The notes: generated from the sequence alone by a model not told the origin. A stretch of DNA of 64,000 bases from Negaprion brevirostris (GCA_030324005.1 JARDVH010000099.1:11875723-11939722), one strand, 5' to 3'. Shown: positions 35,661 through 48,784, numbered from the stretch's first letter. Made by a program: numbers and translations.

Positions 35661-37656
35661 ATCTGACATACAAGTGGTAACTTGCTTCAGCCTATAAGCT
35701 TCAGAGTGGCTGGAATCTTCGTCTTAGAATAAAGCCATTTTCTAGATTGAAATTATTTTATCTCTATGCTCCGTTTCTTTACTTCAAGAGTGAAAACATT
35801 CAACACATTTTCGTTGTTTAAGAAAAGGATAAAACAAATGGATAAAAGGATCACTTTGAACTGGACAATCTTCTTTGACCTATTATTAATAACTGTTTCG
35901 ATATGCCAACCCCCCACTTAATACGTTAATTTGTTAGGACAAGGGAGACAGTACCACCCAGGGGCAATATCCCTCCAGCCTCACCCCACTCAGTTTCCCC
36001 ATTTACACAAGGGGAGCCCTTAAGGTTCTTCAACTGTTCTCTTTTTTTAAAAAATCATCCTCACATGTGGGCATTACTAGGAAGGCAGTAGTAGATCTTC
36101 TTCCTGACTCAATCTCAGTAGCTTGCTAGGTCACTTCAGAGATAGTTAACCACATTGGCATGGGATGGGAGTCACACTTGATTCAAACCATTTAGGGAAA
36201 GCAGGCTTTCTAATCATTTTTACAACAATTTGAAAGATTCTTGATCAGCATTGCATGTGGTTCTATTTAAAGTTCCTTTCATAAATAAATTGAACTAAAT
36301 TTTAAACTGCCATGGAGTTTAAACATGTGTTTGATAAAAAAGTATATGACCTCTCAAGTTTGTTCCGCTATTCAGTAAGATACCAGCAGAGCTTCTACAT
36401 CAAGTCCATTGCCCCACCATAACCTCAGACACCACAAGCATCCAAAAATGTATTATTTGAGTTTTGAATGCATTCATTGAACGTTCACAGTCTTTTAGGG
36501 TACAGAATTGCAAAAAGCGCAAGTATATATTTACTGGGAGTCTTAACCTGAGGTAAGAAAATGGTTTATGGTCACAAGCGTATGCAAATTGTTTCCAGCT
36601 CACCCAATATTGAAAAATAATTTTGCCTCTGATCATTTTAAGTGTAAAAATATCAAAAATAAATGAACAAAACGAATTGCAACATTTAAAAGACATCTGG
36701 ACAGGTACGTGGACAGGAAATGTTTAGAAGGGCATGAATAAACGCAGGCAAATGAGACTTGTCCGGTTTACAAAATCTGCTCAACATGTACGAGTTGGGC
36801 TGAAGGACCTGTTTCAGTGCTGTATATCTCTGTGACAGACGCAATGGTTAATGGATTTGCCTCCCCTTACTTTCAATTTCAAAGAAGAATTACAGAAAAA
36901 TAAAACTCCGCTACTTAAACCAACATGTAAATGATGCAACAGCATGTTGCAGAAAGCAGAGCATGAAAAATATCTGGGCACATTTATTCAATAGCAGAGT
37001 GCCATTTATTTTAAGAGATTATCAGGATCATCGGGAGCTATATCGAGCTTGGAATTGTCAGCTCATCAAGAGTCTGTGCATGTCACTGGATTACAACCAC
37101 AGTACTGATGTTAAAATGGCAAAGTATAAAATAAGGCTTCGGTATAAATTATCACTTTTTTTTTAGCCATTACTGCTGTCAGACAATTATTTTAATCGAA
37201 AACCAGTGCTGCTTCCCAAGGGTCAACCTCAATTCATAATATTTAGTCTTAAAGTATTTTCCCACAACCTCCCCCCACTGTATGCATTTTACAGACCCCA
37301 GTGATAACTACATAGTGGAAATGGACAGAACTGGTTAGTGCCTATACAGGCACTCAGGCTGAATATTCACGTGCATAAAATGTCTAATTTACAGTTTGAT
37401 CTCAGATGGAGAAGGGACTTTTAATAGAACAACCTACTTGCATAGTAATTTCACTACTCAATCAACAGCTCCAATGTCTCAAAATGCTTTGCTCAGCATT
37501 CCTGTACCTTCTACGCTAATTACTACTCGATAAATGGTAAAGCAGTTATGGGAGAGATGATGACATTTGTTCTTCAAATTAAGTGGTATTAATTGGAGCA
37601 TCTATTTTAGGAATTTGCTGAACAGCTTAAACAAGGCAATCAGCCAATCACTGTAC

Positions 37657-37769
37657 CTGATGTTATCTGGTGGTTCATCATCGTCGTCATCATTATCCCC
37701 ATTCTTCCGCTTCATTCCTAGAGGCACTGGGCTTCCATCTGAATTCGAACTGTTGTTGTGAGCTGATGT
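37657..37769 (-). CDS. xrn2: XRN2 exon 16
   Basis: 113 nt, TSAHNNSSNSDGSPVPLGMKRKNGDNDDDDDEPPDNI(R). Confidence 0.93.
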
Positions 37770-39615
37770 CTAGGAAATTAAAAAGGGAAAATGAAAAATA
37801 AACTTTTAGCATCGCTTTGTAAATAACACAACTGGCTCAAAAAGGAAATTGCAATTTAAGGTGAAACTTTGCCTGCAACCATGTTGGCATTTGATGTGCT
37901 TTGTTACAGAGCTACGATCTAGCAAGTCACAGAAATTCACGTCAGCATTCTGGAGTTCAAAACTAAAACAAAACAGGCCAATAATCCCACAAACAGTACC
38001 AACAAACGATACAAACATCACTTCAGTCAGCAGGGCATAGTGCTGCCTTCTTAATAATAAACACTAGCCTTGATTTTATGCAAAAACCCATCAATTCTGG
38101 GACATTTCCTTTCATACAATGTTACATAACAATCATCATATTAAGAATGCCATATTGCATCAATTTTACACATCTCAGTTACTACTTTTTAAATACATTA
38201 AACTTCTGATTTCATATCAGTGGAAGGGAACAAATCTTGTCTCCACCCAAAGTCAGCAATACATGTTTGTTGTTTAAGTATATTAAAAGTTGGATGAAAG
38301 GCAATTGCTTCAAGTATATCTCTATTACTGAAGTGCCACAGTTGAATCCTTTTCACTAGTCAAATGTAGTCCAACTCAGAAAATAATTTAAAATAATTGT
38401 GCTATATTTACATTCTGACAATCTGAATTGCTTTGTGTGTGTACGCTACATAATAATGGCTTAGCAACATTGCTGGTTTCCAGGATAAAAACAGGTGAAA
38501 CCTATTCTCGATGACAGAGTTGCTTAATTAACAGTGAACAGTCAGTGAGAATGAGCGGATTGGGAGTTGCAGGTTTGTGGATTAGATTAGCTGATCTCAC
38601 ATGTGGCAGCACAATTAACCTTAGCACCAAGTGTGGAGGAGCAGAACACCACAAATATTCTCAGAGACTGGAATCCCGTAACTGGTTACTATCCCTTAAC
38701 CAGTGCTGGGAATACGTCTGTAATAGACATCAGGTGAACACTATTTATTGTGATGTTCCCACGATGGAAATTTAATGTTTNNNNNNNNNNATGTTTAAAC
38801 TCATGTGAAGAATATTCACTGGCAGAAAGTGCCAGAGGCCATGTTTTGTCTATGGGAATGCAAGCCAGCAAGGAACAACATTTGCAGGAGAAACAAGATG
38901 ACAAAAACTAATGGGAAGAATAATGGAGTTTAAAACTGAAAATATATACCATGGAAAGTGATATTCTAAAGAAATAGTCTGCTCAAAGTTGTTCCCCTAC
39001 CTCCACTACATGCAACTATTCTAATTTTACATCAAAGATAAAAATCAGGTTATGCTATAATGCTACAACACAAAGGCAGTTGCTTGAAATTCCTTTGTCA
39101 AATACTTTAACAAAAACATTGGTGTATTTTAAATGGGATAATACTCCATGAAAATGAGCTTCCTACAAATGATTAGTGCATGTATACGTTTATATAGCTC
39201 AGCTTATGTTTCTTTCAGCAGGTCCAGATACTTTTCATCGTGCNNNNNNNNNNNNNNNNNNNNNNNNNNNNNNNNNNNNNNNNNNNNNNNNNNNNNNNNN
39301 NNNNNNNNNNNNNNNNNNNNNNNNNNNNNNNNNNNNNNNNNNNNNNNNNNNNNNNNNNNNNNNNNNNNNNNNNNNNNNNNNNNNNNNNNNNNNNNNNNNN
39401 NNNNNNNNNNNNNNNNNNNNNNNNNNNNNNNNNNNNNNNNNNNNNNNNNNNNNNNNNNNNNNNNNNNNNNNNNNNNNNNNNNNNNNNNACAAGTAGCACA
39501 ACACTGCTTCTGAATTCTAATTAATTTAGCACTCCATACAACCTCTTTTACAATCCATTTAAATAAGTCAGAGCTAAAACACCACTGCAGCTACAGATAT
39601 CACCATAAAACAGCT

Positions 39616-39887
39616 TGGCGGCACAGTGCTTAACACTGCTCCTCACAGCTCAATCAATCCGGGTTCGATTCCTGGCTTGGGTCACAGTCTGCGTGGAGTT
39701 TGCATGTTCTCCCCATGTCTGTGTGGGTTTCCTTTGGGTGCTCCAGTTTCCTCCCACAATCTGAAAGACATGCTGGTTAGATGCACTGACCCGAACAGGG
39801 ACCGGAGTGTGGCAATTAGGGGAGTTTCACAGTAACTTCATTGCAGTGTTAATGTAAGCTTTACTTGTGATTAATAAATAAACTTTA
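39616..39887 (+). mobile_element. HE1-related SINE
   Basis: ggcggcacagtgcttaacactgct..gggttcgattcc head; alternative tail as at 19058. Confidence 0.88.
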
Positions 39888-40169
39888 ACCTCAAACTTTA
39901 AAATATATTTTACTACATTCTAAGCTCATTTAGCAAGAAAATTTAATTCATCACACTGGAATGCTTATGATGGCAACAGGAAAAGAATGAGGGTTGTACC
40001 ATTTGTCGGAGAAAACATTTGAAACTAAAGCAATAGCTTACTAACTTGAAGGCAATTGTTTATTTAACAAAAATAATACAGTAGCCAAGGATTTAAAAGG
40101 AAATTTTCCAAAACGTAGCAATAATCTTGGTTTCAAATAACAGATTAAATCAGGTCATCATGACAAGGT

Positions 40170-40600
40170 AAGCATTACTCTTTACAAGAGCACAGGAATT
40201 GGGAGTACTGCATATACCCTGTCGAACCTACCGCACCAGATATTACAACCATAGCTTGTCTTGGCCTTCAGCTCAACTTCCTTGCCGGTTCCCCATATCA
40301 CTTTGATTCCCCAAGCCAAAACTGTGAATACATTTAAGGCTGGGATAGATAACTATGGAGCATCCAAAACCCATTGAAGCAGAAAATTCCAAAGATTCAC
40401 AATCTTTTAAGTAATTTCCCTCACCTTAGTTCTAAACAATCAGCCTCTTATCCTGACACTGTGCCCCCGTGTATTAAATTCCCTGACAAGCAGAAATAAT
40501 CTTTCAGTGCCTATCTTGTCAAGCCCCTTCAGAATTCTGTACATTTCAATGAAATCAGCATTCATTCTTCAAAATTCCACAGAAAATATACCACCCTCTT
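40170..40600 (-). mobile_element. old CR1 3' region
   Basis: agcccttcagaattctgtacatttcaatgaaatca and related reverse CR1 motifs. Confidence 0.55.
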
Positions 40601-42317
40601 TCGCCACCCTTCCCCTTTAAAAATAGTGACAATCGTTTGTTAACCTTGCTATCCCTTGCAGCCTTTTTCTACATATTAAGTCTTCCATTATAACTATTTG
40701 TTTTGCAACAAATTTCTCTAATCTCCACTTCCATGGATCCTGCTACTTTATCGCTGCTAACTGAAGGACTACAAATAACTAACTCAGTTTTGAAATAGAA
40801 AAGGATGAAAGACTATCTGTAGTGTTACTTATAAACTTGCTTCCCAATGAAACAATCCTTTGTTCAATATTGCTATTCCTCTTTTTCTGATTTTGTTGAT
40901 TTTCACAAAGTGCTTATAACTCAAGTATTTATTGCCCAGTCATGCCGAGTTTGCATCAGGTCTTACGTGATCATAATTGCTTCATATCTTAAGACAAAGT
41001 TGTATTTTAATTTATTGGTTTAATTTCTTCTGCTACTTGCTTAAGGATACATTAAAGCTGATAGTGGACCCCAACCTGACTTTATGAATTCTTGCCTGTA
41101 AACACATATATCAACTTAAATCCACAGAAAGAAAATCACTTGTTCTTTTTCGTTAAATCAGTTATTTCTTCTTGACCATATATTTTCTTCTGAACCTGCA
41201 GAATGATGATCTCTAACACTACTGATCATCTGGACATCACTCAATCATTTATTATTTTTAGGATATTTTTATTCCTTCCAGAACCAATATTAATTAATAG
41301 ACAAATCATATTGATAGACACCTACAGGGATTATAAACACCTAATGGTGTAATCAGGAAGTTCTCAGAGGACAATAATAATTATAAGCCAAGCAATAATT
41401 TTTTACTTGAAACACTTTCAGAACATATGATTATTAACACTAACTTGACGTCAGTCTTGCAGCCTCTATTGTCTCAGTAGCAGTCATATACCAGTCTGTA
41501 TTCACTTAACATGTGGCTCAAGTTCCACCCAAGTTTAAATGCAGAATAATATTCTAAAGCAGAAACCATTACTTGCATCATGTGTTTTTAGGATGCACCG
41601 CATATACTTGGGTTGGAATGATTCATTGTCCAAAACAACACCCAAAATCATGAATTAATTTCAAGTTCAATCATTAAACCATATCCCTGCTAGTTTCACT
41701 GTCACGTCATAAATCAAAATTTTCAGCATTAATAAAAAGATCAAAACGAATGACACAGCAGTTCTTGATCAGCAATATTGTCTCCAAGGTGTGCCTGTGC
41801 ATGCAATGGCATGGCCATGCAATCTGGAACGTACGCATGTTAAAAAAAACAGGCCACTCACTGCACAGAACACGAGCATGAGGCTGATCATCAAACCCCA
41901 AACTGAAAAGCACAAGTGGTTGAAGGGCATAGGAAAAAGTGCAGTCATAATTGGAGGAGGAGCGGAGAGCACTAGCCAGAGGCAATTGTCCAGAAGTGAG
42001 AATTTGAGTGAGAAGGGCAGGGCTATTTGAGTGACCGAGCTTCAAATTGACAACATTCTTAATTCATTAAGGGTTGCAGGAGGGGGGCAACAGAGTTGGA
42101 AAAATTTCCAGGAAGATGATTACCATAAGGGGAGAACTCATTCGGCCTGGTGCATGTTTGGTTGCTGGTGCTGAATTAGAGCAAGACACAAGTACTCCCA
42201 ATTCCAGAGCTCTCAACTGCTCAGGACTCAGCCTAGAGCCGAATAGTCCAAAAAGTCTCACAGCAACTAAGGGGAATCGTCTCATCATGGCCGGATGAGT
42301 TTAAACTTTTTTAAAAA

Positions 42318-42609
42318 ATGTATTAGTGTCACAAGGCAATTTACATTAACACTGCAATGAAGTTACTGTGAAAATCACCTAGTCACCACATTACAGTGCC
42401 TGTTCTGGTACAGAGAATTTAGCAAGGCCAATGCACCCAACCAGCAGCCTTCTGGACAGTAGGAGGAAACCAGAGCACCCAGAGGAAACCCACGCAGACA
42501 TGGGGAGAATGTGCAAACTCCACACAGCAAGGACCCAAGCCAGGAATCAAACCCAGGTCCTTGGGTGCTGTGAGGCAGCAGTGCTAACCGCAGTGCCACC
42601 GTGCCGCCC
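42318..42609 (-). mobile_element. HE1-related SINE
   Basis: Full reverse copy ending gtgccaccgtgccgccc. Confidence 0.88.
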
Positions 42610-43169
42610 AACGAAGAGGTAAAGCTGATCATAGGACTTAATCTCAATGAACACAATGCTCTTTGATGAGCAGTTTTATGATGCAGACTAGGCTTTTGAT
42701 CAAATATATGGTACACGACAATTAAAGACTTAGGTTTCACTTTGGCTGAGCCACATACCATTAGCCTGGAACCCACAAGTTCATTCAAGTTGTTTACGTT
42801 CATGGATAATGAATGAGAAATCTAATGATGAGAGTTTCATTTCACTGTTTGGCAAGATAAATGAATTTTGAAAGTTGTTTTTATGATCTAAAACCAGACT
42901 TCCAAGCTATCCAAAAGCTCACCTGTCCTTTGCAAATTCATCTCTTCTCCTGGAAGCATGAGCCCTTGCGTCAGAAAAGGGAAGCTAACAAAGTAGGTGT
43001 GCAATGAGAGAACAGGAATGTGCCCATGGAAGGAAACAAATGCTTCCTCCAGAGCATGTAGATAGTCACAGGCCCATGGAATGTACGATGAATTGAATTA
43101 AACAGGTTTCTCAAACTACATGAAAGATCAGTAACTTCCATAATCTAAGTTAAAATTTGTGTGTCAAAA

Positions 43170-43413
43170 CTAGGCTTATGTTAACATTGCAATGAAGTTA
43201 CTGTGAAAATTCCCTGGTCGCCACACTCCGATGCCTGCTCAGGTACACTGAGGGGGAATTTAGCATGGCCAATGCACCTAACCAGAAAGCCTTTCGGACC
43301 GAGGGGGGAAACTGGAGCACCCAGAGGAAATACATACAGTCATCCAAGCCAGAAATCAAACCCAGATCTCTGGCATCATGAGTCAGCAGTGCCAACCACT
43401 GTGCCACCCACCT
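43170..43413 (-). mobile_element. HE1-related SINE (internally deleted)
   Basis: Reverse copy of the same family. Confidence 0.8.
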
Positions 43414-44155
43414 ACCATTCAAGTTTCATCGAGATTTTTTAAGAAGTGGCGTTCAGATGAGCCCGTAGCCCATCCAATACAAATTAAATTTAGATATAAC
43501 ATACTAGTAACTTCACAAAATCAAAGTCTGAATATTTTGACAAAAAATGTCATTTGCTCCATAATTATTAGACTCCAATTTCAATCAGGTTGTTGAGATA
43601 AGTTCACTCTATAGATGGTTGCGGATTATTGAATAATGATTTTCAGTGGAAAGCACAGCAACATCCACGATCTGAAATTGTGCTTCTCTCCTCTTAGTCA
43701 CCAAGCACTGCACCAAGTAGTCACCAAGTACTCACCAAGTACTGCAAGGTCAGTGATTATACTGTAAGATGCAAAGCAAAGCTCCCTCCACTCTGCTCCT
43801 TTTCTCATTGATTGGGCATTTTTTCCCACTTTGGGTTGTTAGTCCAGTCCATTTCACTGTATTGGTCATGAATGAATTCTGAAATCACACTGCTTAACCA
43901 TCCACAGTTTAATGAGAGGCATGGCAAAACTCCCCTACTTTTACATTTTATCCCCCATGCCATAAATGCCAACATTCCATTTGCCTTCCTAGTTACTTGA
44001 TGCACCTGCACAAAAAAGTGATTCATGTACCAGGACACCCAGATCCCTCTACATCATTAAATTTATCCTCTTAAAGGGAACAGACAGGAAAACGCAGTTG
44101 AGAACACAGATCAGGTTGTCATCCAGATGGCTCCCAAAACATGTCGCAGTCTCAC

Positions 44156-44296
44156 CTTATTTTGTTGATCTCTACCCTGTACTCTCATTTCATAAGCTGT
44201 CTGTCTTGCATTCTGCATGGGCTGCGGCCTACCACCCCGTTGACCCAGAGGTTGTGGGGCAAGTTTTCCACCAAGAACAAAAGAGGTTGCCTCGGT
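44156..44296 (-). CDS. xrn2: XRN2 exon 15
   Basis: 141 nt, TEATSFVLGGKLAPQPLGQRGGRPQPMQNARQTAYEMRVQGRDQQNK; the RQxAYEMR motif is conserved; cag/gtgag. Confidence 0.92.
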
Positions 44297-44499
44297 CTGA
44301 TGAAAGAATAAAGTTGACAGTTATAGAAATGGTTAAAAAAATTAAACAGCTGCAGCTAGCAAAGAACATAACTCCAAATTACATCAACAGGATAGAACAG
44401 TAACAAAAAACACAACAAATCTGCAATAAAAATCAGAAGGTGGATGGCTGAGGGTTTCACCAAATATATCACAAAAGTTTATGTTATATAATAACCATT

Positions 44500-47055
44500 A
44501 AGGATCTTAAAGACAGGTCAAATCAAATTGGTAAAGGTTGTCATCACAATAGTTTCTTGGAACAATATACTGTGAAACAACTAGGAATAAAGCGATTTTA
44601 GACCTAGTATTGTGCAATGATGCAGGTCTAATTAGAAATCCAGTAGTAAACAACCTTGCAGGGTTGGGGGGGTGGCAAGAATGCATTATTATAAAGCAAC
44701 ATACTCCAGCCCCAAATATAAATATTAAACTTAAACAAAGGAATTACGCATGTACAATAAAAATTCTCTACAAACTGGAATTTGAGGTTCCCCAATACAA
44801 ATCAATACTTTACCAATTGGAAAAAATAATGAAGCTATCCACGACCTATACCCGTATGCTGTAATGTTTAAATGTACTGTTGAAGACCAGAAGTGGAAAG
44901 TGTACTTTTCATTACTTCTGAGTGTTTGCATATTATTTCATGCCATAAATATTGCGCTGTATTTCACTGGTAAATGGAACTCTCCATTAACTGGCATTTT
45001 TGACAACTGGCACTACCAATTCCCGACACCTGCCAGGTAGTAAAGGTTTTACTGTATAAGCAGAAAGCTGGCCAAGATTGATTGGGCAAATAAACTAAAA
45101 ATGCATGGTGATAAATAAAAAGGTGGGCAATTTAAAGAAACAATTACTAGTGTTCAACAAAGCTATGTTCCATTAAATAAACAAAATCTCAAGCAGAGGA
45201 TTAAAAAAAAAATCGATCTGTGATTTAGCAGGGAAGTTAACAGAATCCAAATAAAATAATATTCCAATGGATGGTAAGCTCAAGGTTCGGGAATGTTTTA
45301 GAAACTGGCAAGAACAACCAAAATATTGATAAAAAGGGAAAAAAGAGAATATAAGAATAAACTGGCATGAAAATGAATTGCAAGAAGTTTTACAATAATA
45401 TAAAAAGGAAGAGAGTAGCTAAAGTAAATGTTATCCCTTAGCAAGAGAAATTATTATGGGAAAGGAGAAATGGCTGAGAAGTTGAACAAATCTGGTCTGC
45501 CTTCAGTGGCAAATGACATCAGAAATTAAGGGCAATCAAAAGGCTAACAAGAACGAGGAACATGAGGTCACTGATATCAACAATGGTGTGGAGAAACCCA
45601 AGGGATTAAATGGCAACAAATCTCCAGGACCTGATGTCCTACAGCCTTGGATTCTAAAGGAGGTAGCTGCAGAACTAGTGGATGTACATTATTATTTTTC
45701 AAAACTGCTCAGACTCTAGAACAGTCCTACCCGTGGAAAATTACAGCACAGGAACAAGCCCTTCGAGCCTCCAAGCATGCACCAACCATGCTGCCTCACT
45801 TAACTAAAACCCCCTACCCTTCCGGGGACTATAACCTCCTATTCCCATCCTATTCATGTATTTGTCCAGACGCCCCTTAAAACTCTATCTTATCTGCTTC
45901 CGCTACCTCCCCCAGCAGAGAGTTCCAGGTACCCACCACCTTCTGTGTAAAAAACTTGCCTCGTTCATCTCTTTTAAACCTTGCCCCTCACACCTTAAAC
46001 CTATGCCTCGTAGTAAATGACTCTTCCACCCTGGGAAGGAAATGGTGCTAGGTTAACTGCTCATTCGGAGAGTTGGTGCAGCCGTGATAGCTCAGTGGCT
46101 TCCTTCTGCACTCAAGCTATTTTGTACATCTGTGGAGGCTGTGCCACCATGGGTCATCAAATTAGTTTCTGGGATAAGGCAGTTGGCTATGATGAGATGC
46201 CTATACTTTGAGTTAAGAAGAAAAATAGGTGAATTAATTGAAACACAGATTTTGAAGGTGCTTCACAGGATACACAGATTGTTTCTGCTGGTTTGAGAAT
46301 CTATAACATGGGGGCAAAATCTTAGAATAAGGGGTCAGTTATTTAAGACTGAGATTAAGAGAAATATTTAGAGGGTTGGGAATTGTTGGACTTGTCCACC
46401 TCAAAGGGTGTGGATGCTCTANNNNNNNNNNNNNNNNNNNNNNNNNNNNNNNNNNNNNNNNNNNNNNNNNNNNNNNNNNNNNNNNNNNNNNNNNNNNNNN
46501 NNNNNNNNNNNNNNNNNNNNNNNNNNNNNNNNNNNNNNNNNNNNNNNNNNNNNNNNNNNNNNNNNNNNNNNNNNNNNNNNNNNNNNNNNNNNNNNNNNNN
46601 NNNNNNNNNNNNNNNNNNNNNNNNNNNNNNNNNNNNNNNNNNNNNNNNNNNNNNNNNNNNNNNNNNNNNNNNNNNNNNNNNNNNNNNNNNNNNNNNNNNN
46701 NNNNNNNNNNNNNNNNNNNNNNNNNNNNNNNNNNNNNNNNNNNNNNNNNNNNNNNNNNNNNNNNNNNNNNNNNNNNNNNNNNNNNNNNNNNNNNNNNNNN
46801 NNNNNNNNNNNNNNNNNNNNNNNNNNNNNNNNNNNNNNNNNNNNNNNNNNNNNNNNNNNNNNNNNNNNNNNNNNNNNNNNNNNNNNNNNNNNNNNNNNNN
46901 NNNNNNNNNNNNNNNNNNNNNNNNNNNNNNNNNNNNNNNNNNNNNNNNNNNNNNNNNNNNNNNNNNNNNNNNNNNNNNNTCATGATCAATTTGAATGGAA
47001 AAGCAGGCTTGATGGAGTTCCTGGTCTGCTCCTGCTCCTCTCTCTCATGTTTGTA
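44500..47055 (+). mobile_element. degenerate CR1 ORF2 with nested inserts
   Basis: AILDLVLCND, NKSPGPDVLQPWILKEVAAE, 3' tail after the gap; a minus-strand CR1 tail is nested at about 45737-46040. Confidence 0.75.
44755..45054. mobile_element. Tigger/pogo-like MITE (300 bp) with TA target duplication
   Basis: TA-caataaaaattctctacaaactgg ... ccaggtagtaaaggttttactg-TA imperfect terminal inverted repeats. Removing it rejoins the CR1 LNLNK..AKIDW remnant. Confidence 0.6.
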
Positions 47056-47885
47056 GATGGGCAAGCCAACCAGACTGAATATGGGTCAGTCAACTTTCAG
47101 GGTGCAAAACTGTCCCAGGGCCTCCACTTAAATAAAACTTATATCGGCTGAAAATTTCCAGATGTTCCAGATTTACACAGCAAACCTACACAAATACTAA
47201 AATATGGACAAATAAATTAAGTGACATCACTAGAGAAATTTCTTAAGATATTTGGAGCAAAGATTTATGAGATAACGGTAATGTTGGGATCTTGCATGGA
47301 GTCAATTTCAGGATCATGCAAAATTCCACCCCTAAAGTCATGATGTAACATGTCACCATGTTTTTCTCTTTCTGCCATAGAAATATATGATTTTCTTTTA
47401 GAAAATTGAAACAGCGGGGGTGTCAAAACTTCTTGGAAACAGACAATGGACTTGCTCGATAGATGTGTATTTAGCAATGACCTTCTGATATGTGCACTCT
47501 CTTTTGTGGATCAATTCAAATACCAACATTTGACAAAAATGAGAGACTTGTACTGGATACCAGCATTACAAAAGGCAGAAATGGAAAATGACTCAACATT
47601 ATAAAGTGCAAGTACGGCTCCAATAAGTGTTGCTCACATTTCCCCTCCTGTATAAAATATCTGTCAAAATTCTACAGACTCAACTGCATGGTTCAGAAGC
47701 TAAGGTGATGGATTTTCACTCATTTGATCAAACAAAAACAAAGCAATTTTCGCATCATCAGTTAGATTGATTTGATTTGAAGTTACTGTCTCTTAAATGC
47801 TCACTTTCAAACAGGATACTGGAGACGACCAGACACTCCTACAACTATTAAGATTCATCTCAAACACAATTAGGAAATTACTTAC

Positions 47886-47930
47886 TTTCATTCTTTTGTT
47901 TTTTTCCTTTTGTCTTTTTCTGAACGACAC
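47886..47930 (-). CDS. xrn2: XRN2 exon 14
   Basis: 45 nt, VSFRKRQKEKNKRMK; tag/gtaagt. Confidence 0.94.
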
Positions 47931-48527
47931 CTATAAAAGAAGGAGATGCCAGTTGTCTTGTTTGTTATGTTTAACAGGTCAATTAAAAAAGTTACTTATT
48001 GTAGCTTCATGGAATACTACTCCATAAGGGCTCATTCACACTATGACTTTTACAATATAGTACATAGCATTGCTTGCAGCTTGATTCCAATATTGTAGTT
48101 ATAGCATAAACACAAGCCTGAATCAAGAATTGGAAGCAAGAGACTCCTTGGCGATAGCAGTCACAACTAAACTTCGCAGTCAATTTCAAGCCATGACAAG
48201 TTTTTTTTAACACTCCACAAGGCTAGTAACATGAAACTAAACAAAGTAAATTTGCACTGTGAAAGCAACAATAAAATAACCTCCCCTTATTAAATGATTG
48301 GATCAACAGCCTTTAAGTATGCTTTTATTTTTGAATTGTAACTATTGAAAAACGGATGCTTATTTGGCAATTTTATACAAAAATGACAATACTAGAATAA
48401 CTTGTCTGAAATAGATGATCATATGCAACTTTGTATTTTACCAATAACAGATGCAACTATTAAAATTAAATATTTAATATTAAATATTTAAAATATACTG
48501 CAAGTTTCAAAACCAGAGACAACCTAC

Positions 48528-48635
48528 ATCATCATCTCTTCTCTTCTTAAAGATGTTATCCTCAGCTTCTCCAACTGCAACCATAATCATTTGCACTCGC
48601 TCTAAGTTGACAAAACCGTTCTCCGTAAGGTAACC
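48528..48635 (-). CDS. xrn2: XRN2 exon 13
   Basis: 108 nt, GYLTENGFVNLERVQMIMVAVGEAEDNIFKKRRDDD. Confidence 0.97.
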
Positions 48636-48726
48636 CTAGAAGAAATAAAAAAGTTGCAATCTTCCAAATTTTACTTTTGCAATGAAATGAAACACATAGG
48701 CTGTCAATACCATTCACTTTACTTAC

Positions 48727-48784
48727 CCCTGTCTTGTGCACGACATTCTTGTAGATCCCAACCAGTCGATCAATTGCACCCTCC
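48727..48784 (-). CDS. xrn2: XRN2 exon 12
   Basis: 58 nt, EGAIDRLVGIYKNVVHKTG. Confidence 0.97.

Noticed and set aside
39195-39243. Intronic C/D snoRNA (minus strand CGATGA..CTGA..CTGA)
   Set aside because: Box C is imperfect, the span is only about 45 nt, I recognise no rRNA guide, and it is truncated by an N gap.
43697-43745. Short tandem (CACCAAG-core) repeat, about 4 copies
   Set aside because: It is a slippage-type minisatellite with no spacers, so not CRISPR-like, and the context is eukaryotic.
46339-47151. Long ORFs of 200-247 aa (also those at 39148, 56892 and 58798)
   Set aside because: They consist mostly of X read through assembly gaps.
48466-48491. Perfect 26-bp AT-only palindrome
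   Set aside because: It is explained by tandem duplication of a short self-complementary AT unit and is low complexity.
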